From assembly GCA_964016885.1 (NCBI GenBank), contig OZ024760.1, positions 14,756,001 through 14,820,000 of the forward strand: 64,000 bases of DNA, written 5' to 3'. The notes beneath the pieces were generated by a model, which worked only from the letters and a program-made list of their open reading frames with translations, made no database searches and was not told the origin of the DNA. The position numbers and the translations under genes were made by a program. How positions within the stretch are numbered: the stretch's first letter is position 1; every line of letters starts with the position of its first letter. Shown in pieces: positions 60,112 to 64,000 of the stretch. This DNA is from Eledone cirrhosa (Eukaryota).

Positions 60112-63100
60112 TATTTACGTATCGAGAGAGAGAAAAAAAAGCGGAGGATAGGTGATACATATAGTTATTTGCCAAGTAGTGTATGCCAAAGGTGCTCGAT
60201 ACTAGTGCCGGCAGTATTAAATATTCGAAGTGTTAATATTTAGTGGGCTAGAGAGTTAGCAGAGCGTAAGCACATGGGAAAGTAAGAAATCGGAGAATAG
60301 ACCGTTAAAACATGTTATTATTAATAAATCTTGAGGGTGGTGGATTGGCAGTATCAGTAGAGAGTCGGACGCCATGCTTTCCAGCATAGTTACGTCCCTT
60401 TACGATCTGAGTTCAAATTCCGCTGAGGTTAACTTTGCCTTTCATCCTTACGGGGTCGAAAAAATAAAGTACCAGTAATGCACTGGGTAATTGCTGGCCT
60501 TGTGCCTAAAGTAGAAACAATTATTAATAAACATGTTTTAACGGTCTATTCTCCGATTTCTTACTTTCTCACGTATATATATATATATATATAATTTATG
60601 TTAAGTGATGATGATGATGATATATTCATATATATTATCATCATCACTGTCCTGTGCTATCCTATACCATCCTGTGCTCTCCTATACCATCTTGTGCTCT
60701 CCTGTGCCATCCTATACCATTTGAGCTCTCCTGTGCTCTCTTATACCATCTAGTGCTCTCCTGTGCTCTCCTATACCATCTTGAGCTCTCCTGTGCCATC
60801 CTATACCATTTGAGCTCTCCTGCGCTCTCCTATACCATCTTGTGCTCTCCTGTGCCATCCTATACCATTTGAGCTCTCCTGTGCTCTCTTATACCATCTA
60901 GTGCTCTCCTATACCATCTTGAGCTCTCCTGTGCCATCCTATACCATTTGAGCTCTCCTGCGCTCTCCTATACCATCTTGTGCTCTCCTGTGCTCTCCTA
61001 TACCATCTTGAGCTCTCCTGTGCCATCCTATACCATTTGAGCTCTCCTGTGCTCTCCTATACCATCTTGAGCTCTCCTGTGCCATCCTATACCATCCTGT
61101 GCCGTCCATTATTATTATTTCGGTTTATCATTCCATAAACCAACAATAAGCCTTCATCTTTCCTGCAATTTCAGCCCCCGCCAGGGATAGCCTGTGAAAG
61201 ACACGCTGCAAACATACCTACAATACCAAACATTTTCAAACTGAAGACAGAAGTTTTGATGAGTAAAACACACGAGACCTCCTATGTTGAGGTAAGTGGA
61301 ATAGGTGGGCATGTGTGTGAGTGAGTATGTGAACTGTGTTCTTGTTGCTGTTGTTAATTGAAAATCATAAACAGAGTCTTTCATTAGAAATATGGTAATG
61401 AAAGGTTTAAAACCTTTTATATTTATCTAAAAACCTTCTATCATAATTGTTCCAGATACCAGCTTAATAACGAGATAGTTATGTTACTAAATCTCTCCAA
61501 ATTCTTGATTTTATCAAAATGATTTGAACATCATTGGCAGTATCTTCAATTTAAAAATATAGTAAAAAAAGGGGATAATTTGTTTATCATCATCATCATC
61601 ATGATCATCATTTAATGTCCACTTTCCATGCTAGCATGGATTAGATGGGTTGTTTCATTTGAGGCAAGTTGGGTCAGGTGATTGTGCCTTGCTCATATAG
61701 AACTGTTTCTGGCTACATGACCACTTTACAGTGTGGGCTGGGTGCTTTTTATCATGACGCCTACATGACCTCTTTACAGCGTGGACTGGGTGCTTTTTGT
61801 CGTGATGCCTACAGTGTGGACTAGGTGCTGTAAAGTAGTTATGTAGGTGTCACGACAAAAAGCACCCAGTCCACACTGTAAAGTGGTTGTGTAGGTGTCA
61901 TGACAAAAAGCACCCAGTACTCACTGTAAATGAGGTTGGCGTTAGGAAGGGCATCCGGCTGTAGAAACCAGGCCAAAATCAGTTCTGTGTTAGCAAGACA
62001 TGGTCACCTTACTTGGCATTGCTCACAACAGGACAACTTGTCTAACCCATGCTAGCATGGAAGAATGAATGTGACACGGTGATGATGATGATGATGATAA
62101 TCCCTAAGGTGTCTTTTCATTGCAGGAATGGTATGACTATAAAACCAAGAGGGTAAAATTTGTCTTCTCCAACTCTCTTGAGAAGCTAATCATTACGGTA
62201 CATGACTTTGTCACAGGTAAGGCACAGCTGTCTGCCCCACGGTCCTTCGTCATCTCCACCGTGAGCTTCAGCGATCTGAGGTCTGTTCTCACCACCTCCG
62301 CCCATGTTTTTCGTGGTCTACCTCTACCACATCTTCCTTCAACTGGCATTTCCTGGCACTTCTTTACCCATCGGTCATCCTCCATGTGCATCACATGTCC
62401 ATACCACCTCAGTCTCCTCTCCCGTACACTACATTCTATCCCTCTCAGACAGTTTCTCTCTCAGCACATTCATGCTGGTCGTTCACTCACGTTGACATTG
62501 CACATCTAATGGAGCATGCTTGCCTCATTTCTCTCCAGCCGTCGCATATCCTCTGCAGTTGCTGCCCATGTCTCACTACCATGCAACATCGCGCTCCTCA
62601 CACAGGCATCATATAACCGGCCTTTCGTACGTGCTTGTATGTGCTTGTATGTATGTATATATTTACGTATGTGTCACTCACCCTCACCACATCCTCACTC
62701 ACCCTCACTGCACTCTTACTCACCCTCACCACATCTCACTCACCTTCACCCCCCACCCTTACTACACCATCACTCACCTTCACCACACTCTTACTCACCC
62801 CCACCTCAGCCCTCACCCTCAGTACACCATCACTCTCCCTCACCACACTCACACTCATCTGATTATTTGCAGGGGTCAGCTACACAATAGACAAGTCCCT
62901 CCAGTGTACCATGAAGCTACTGTCCAAGAAGGACTCTGATGTCAGCATCAGCACCATCAAAGGGGTGAAAATGGCCAACTCACAGTACTTCTTCCCATTC
63001 AACTCAACATTGTTCATGTATGAAGGACAGGTAAGGAATGAGCCCCAATAAATCAGCTATTATATCCATTACACATCTGTTACACATCTGTTATGCATCT

Positions 63101-63918
63101 ACCATATCTCCGCTGCTATATCTGTCATAAGCGGTGAATTGTCAGAGTCGTTAGAATGTCAGATAGAATGTCTTGTGGTATTTGTTCCAGCTCTCCGCTC
63201 TCTGAGTTCAAATCCCGCCAAGTTCAACTTTGCTTTTCATCCTTTCGAGGTCGATAAAAAAAGTACCGGTCTAATACTGGGGTCGATTCTTCTTCTATAA
63301 CTCTTTCTCATTTCTTCTCTCTCATTTTCTATCTTTCTCTGGAAGAAATCTGCTATATTCAGACCTGGAGAGGGGTGGGCTCCGCCTGGCTTTACATTAC
63401 TTTATATATATTACTATATTTTCACGGTAAAGGCTTTACCTCACATAATTATCTCACATAATATTGAATCTATGAGATTTTCATGATATTTATTTTGAGA
63501 ACAATACCTTAACATCAGTATGAGCAGCCGGTTACAGCCAGTTTGAACAGAAAGAGGTGAGAGAATTATGGCCAGATATGGCCAGTTTAAATGCTAAAGG
63601 GTTAAAAGTCAGATGTCAGTTTACCTGGAACAAAACAATGCAGTTATAATTAAGAAGATTGAAATAAATGCATGCAAGATTTCACAGCTCTAGAATCACT
63701 CCTTCATAGTCAGCCTATAAACTTTTCGGTCCACCCTTGTAAATCTCTCCAAATTCTTGATTATTTTCAAAATGATTTGAAACACAGGCAGAGTGTTTCA
63801 TTAAACATTCTTTATTTCTATTTTGCAGAGAATCACTCGAGGTATTGTGTGTGATGTATGGACAGCTACAGACAAAATTGATGGCTTGTTGACAACATGG
63901 AGATACTTCTTTGCTACG
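55362..63918 (+). CDS. Secreted tandem LolA/EPDR-like domain protein, paralog 2 (5' part; 8 exons, continues beyond the window)
   Basis: Exons 55362-55464, 56435-56650, 57455-57694, 59052-59209, 61175-61291, 62126-62216, 62873-63030, 63829-63918, all GT-AG. Intron phases 1,1,1,0,0,1,0,0 are identical to paralog 1. Hydrophobic leader; motifs RGIKCNTW, FQPPPGIAC, EWYDY, HDFVTG, RGIVCDVW. The start ATG is less certain because TTTTCAG just after it could be an acceptor. Confidence 0.85.
55964..56030 (+). ncRNA. Hammerhead ribozyme family D
   Basis: TTTAT-CTGATGA-AAGCGCACCA...TGGTTGCCCTT-GAA-ATATATAT-A-ATAAA. Confidence 0.65.
56173..56208 (-). ncRNA. Minimal hammerhead family C (repeat about 56085-56250)
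   Basis: TCTT-CTGATGA-aGGAC tagc GTCT-GAA-ACGT-T-AAGA. Confidence 0.62.
58277..58993. repeat. 44-bp minisatellite (about 16 copies) derived from the MITE interior, ending in the MITE TIR
   Basis: Unit CGGTTTGAACAGAAAGAGGTGAGAGAATTCTGGCCGGTTACAGC; array ends AAATGCGAAAGGGTTAA. Confidence 0.9.
59526..59596 (+). ncRNA. Hammerhead ribozyme family B
   Basis: Same architecture as 53623-53693, with substitutions that keep the pairing. Confidence 0.8.
59866..59930 (+). ncRNA. Hammerhead ribozyme family D
   Basis: TATTTTAT-CTGATGA-AAGCACACCA...TGGTGTCCTT-GAA-ATATGTAT-A-ATGAAATA. Confidence 0.72.
60650..61102. repeat. About 30-bp compound minisatellite
   Basis: CCTATACCATCTTGAGCTCTCCTGTGCTCT-type units built from ~10-bp subunits. 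Confidence 0.85.
61600..62095. mobile_element. Inverted pair of RTE-related short repeats; family also near 14030-14290, 19560-20100, 34480-34925, 42870-43120, 54600-54840, 55640-55900
   Basis: GGTTGGCGTTAGGAAGGGCATCCGGCTGTAGAAA motif, ACCCATGCTAGCATGGAA 3' end, (ATG)n tail, internal ~47-bp tandem unit. Confidence 0.7.
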
Positions 63919-64000
63919 GTAATTTGGTTTGGATTATTACCAACATGATCATCACCTCCTTCAGCATCACCACCAGCATCATCTCCACAATCATCACCAC

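Overview
AT-rich, microsatellite- and SINE-dense eukaryotic DNA. The repeat families look cephalopod (Octopus-like); that assignment is an inference. Four spliced genes can be built by hand. (1) The first coding exon of wntless (Wls) on the minus strand at 1345-1240; the gene runs off the left end. (2) A 126-aa SYCE2-like synaptonemal-complex protein in two coding exons (+, 20524-22612). (3) A complete 13-coding-exon, 576-aa secreted protein with tandem LolA/ependymin-like domains (-, 44529-25143). (4) A diverged paralog of gene 3, transcribed head-to-head, with identical intron phases (+, from 55362, 8 exons, runs off the right end). There is also a decayed, intronless KMT2C/D ePHD fragment and an orphan copy of part of an exon. 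The main non-coding signal is about 18 type-I hammerhead ribozyme motifs with intact CUGANGA...GAAA...UH cores, from several distinct families. They lie in short ORF-less elements, often fold-back, inserted in (TA)n tracts, and many share a 3' hairpin tail. This pattern resembles Penelope pLTR or retrozyme-like elements. Other repeats: tRNA-derived SINEs (one head-to-tail array), TTAA piggyBac-type MITEs (one amplified into a 44-bp minisatellite), hAT and Tc1/pogo MITEs, tandem Helitron-like elements, and RTE and RLE-type LINE remnants. Nearly all ORFs in the supplied track are microsatellite artefacts. All coordinates and pairings were read by eye.
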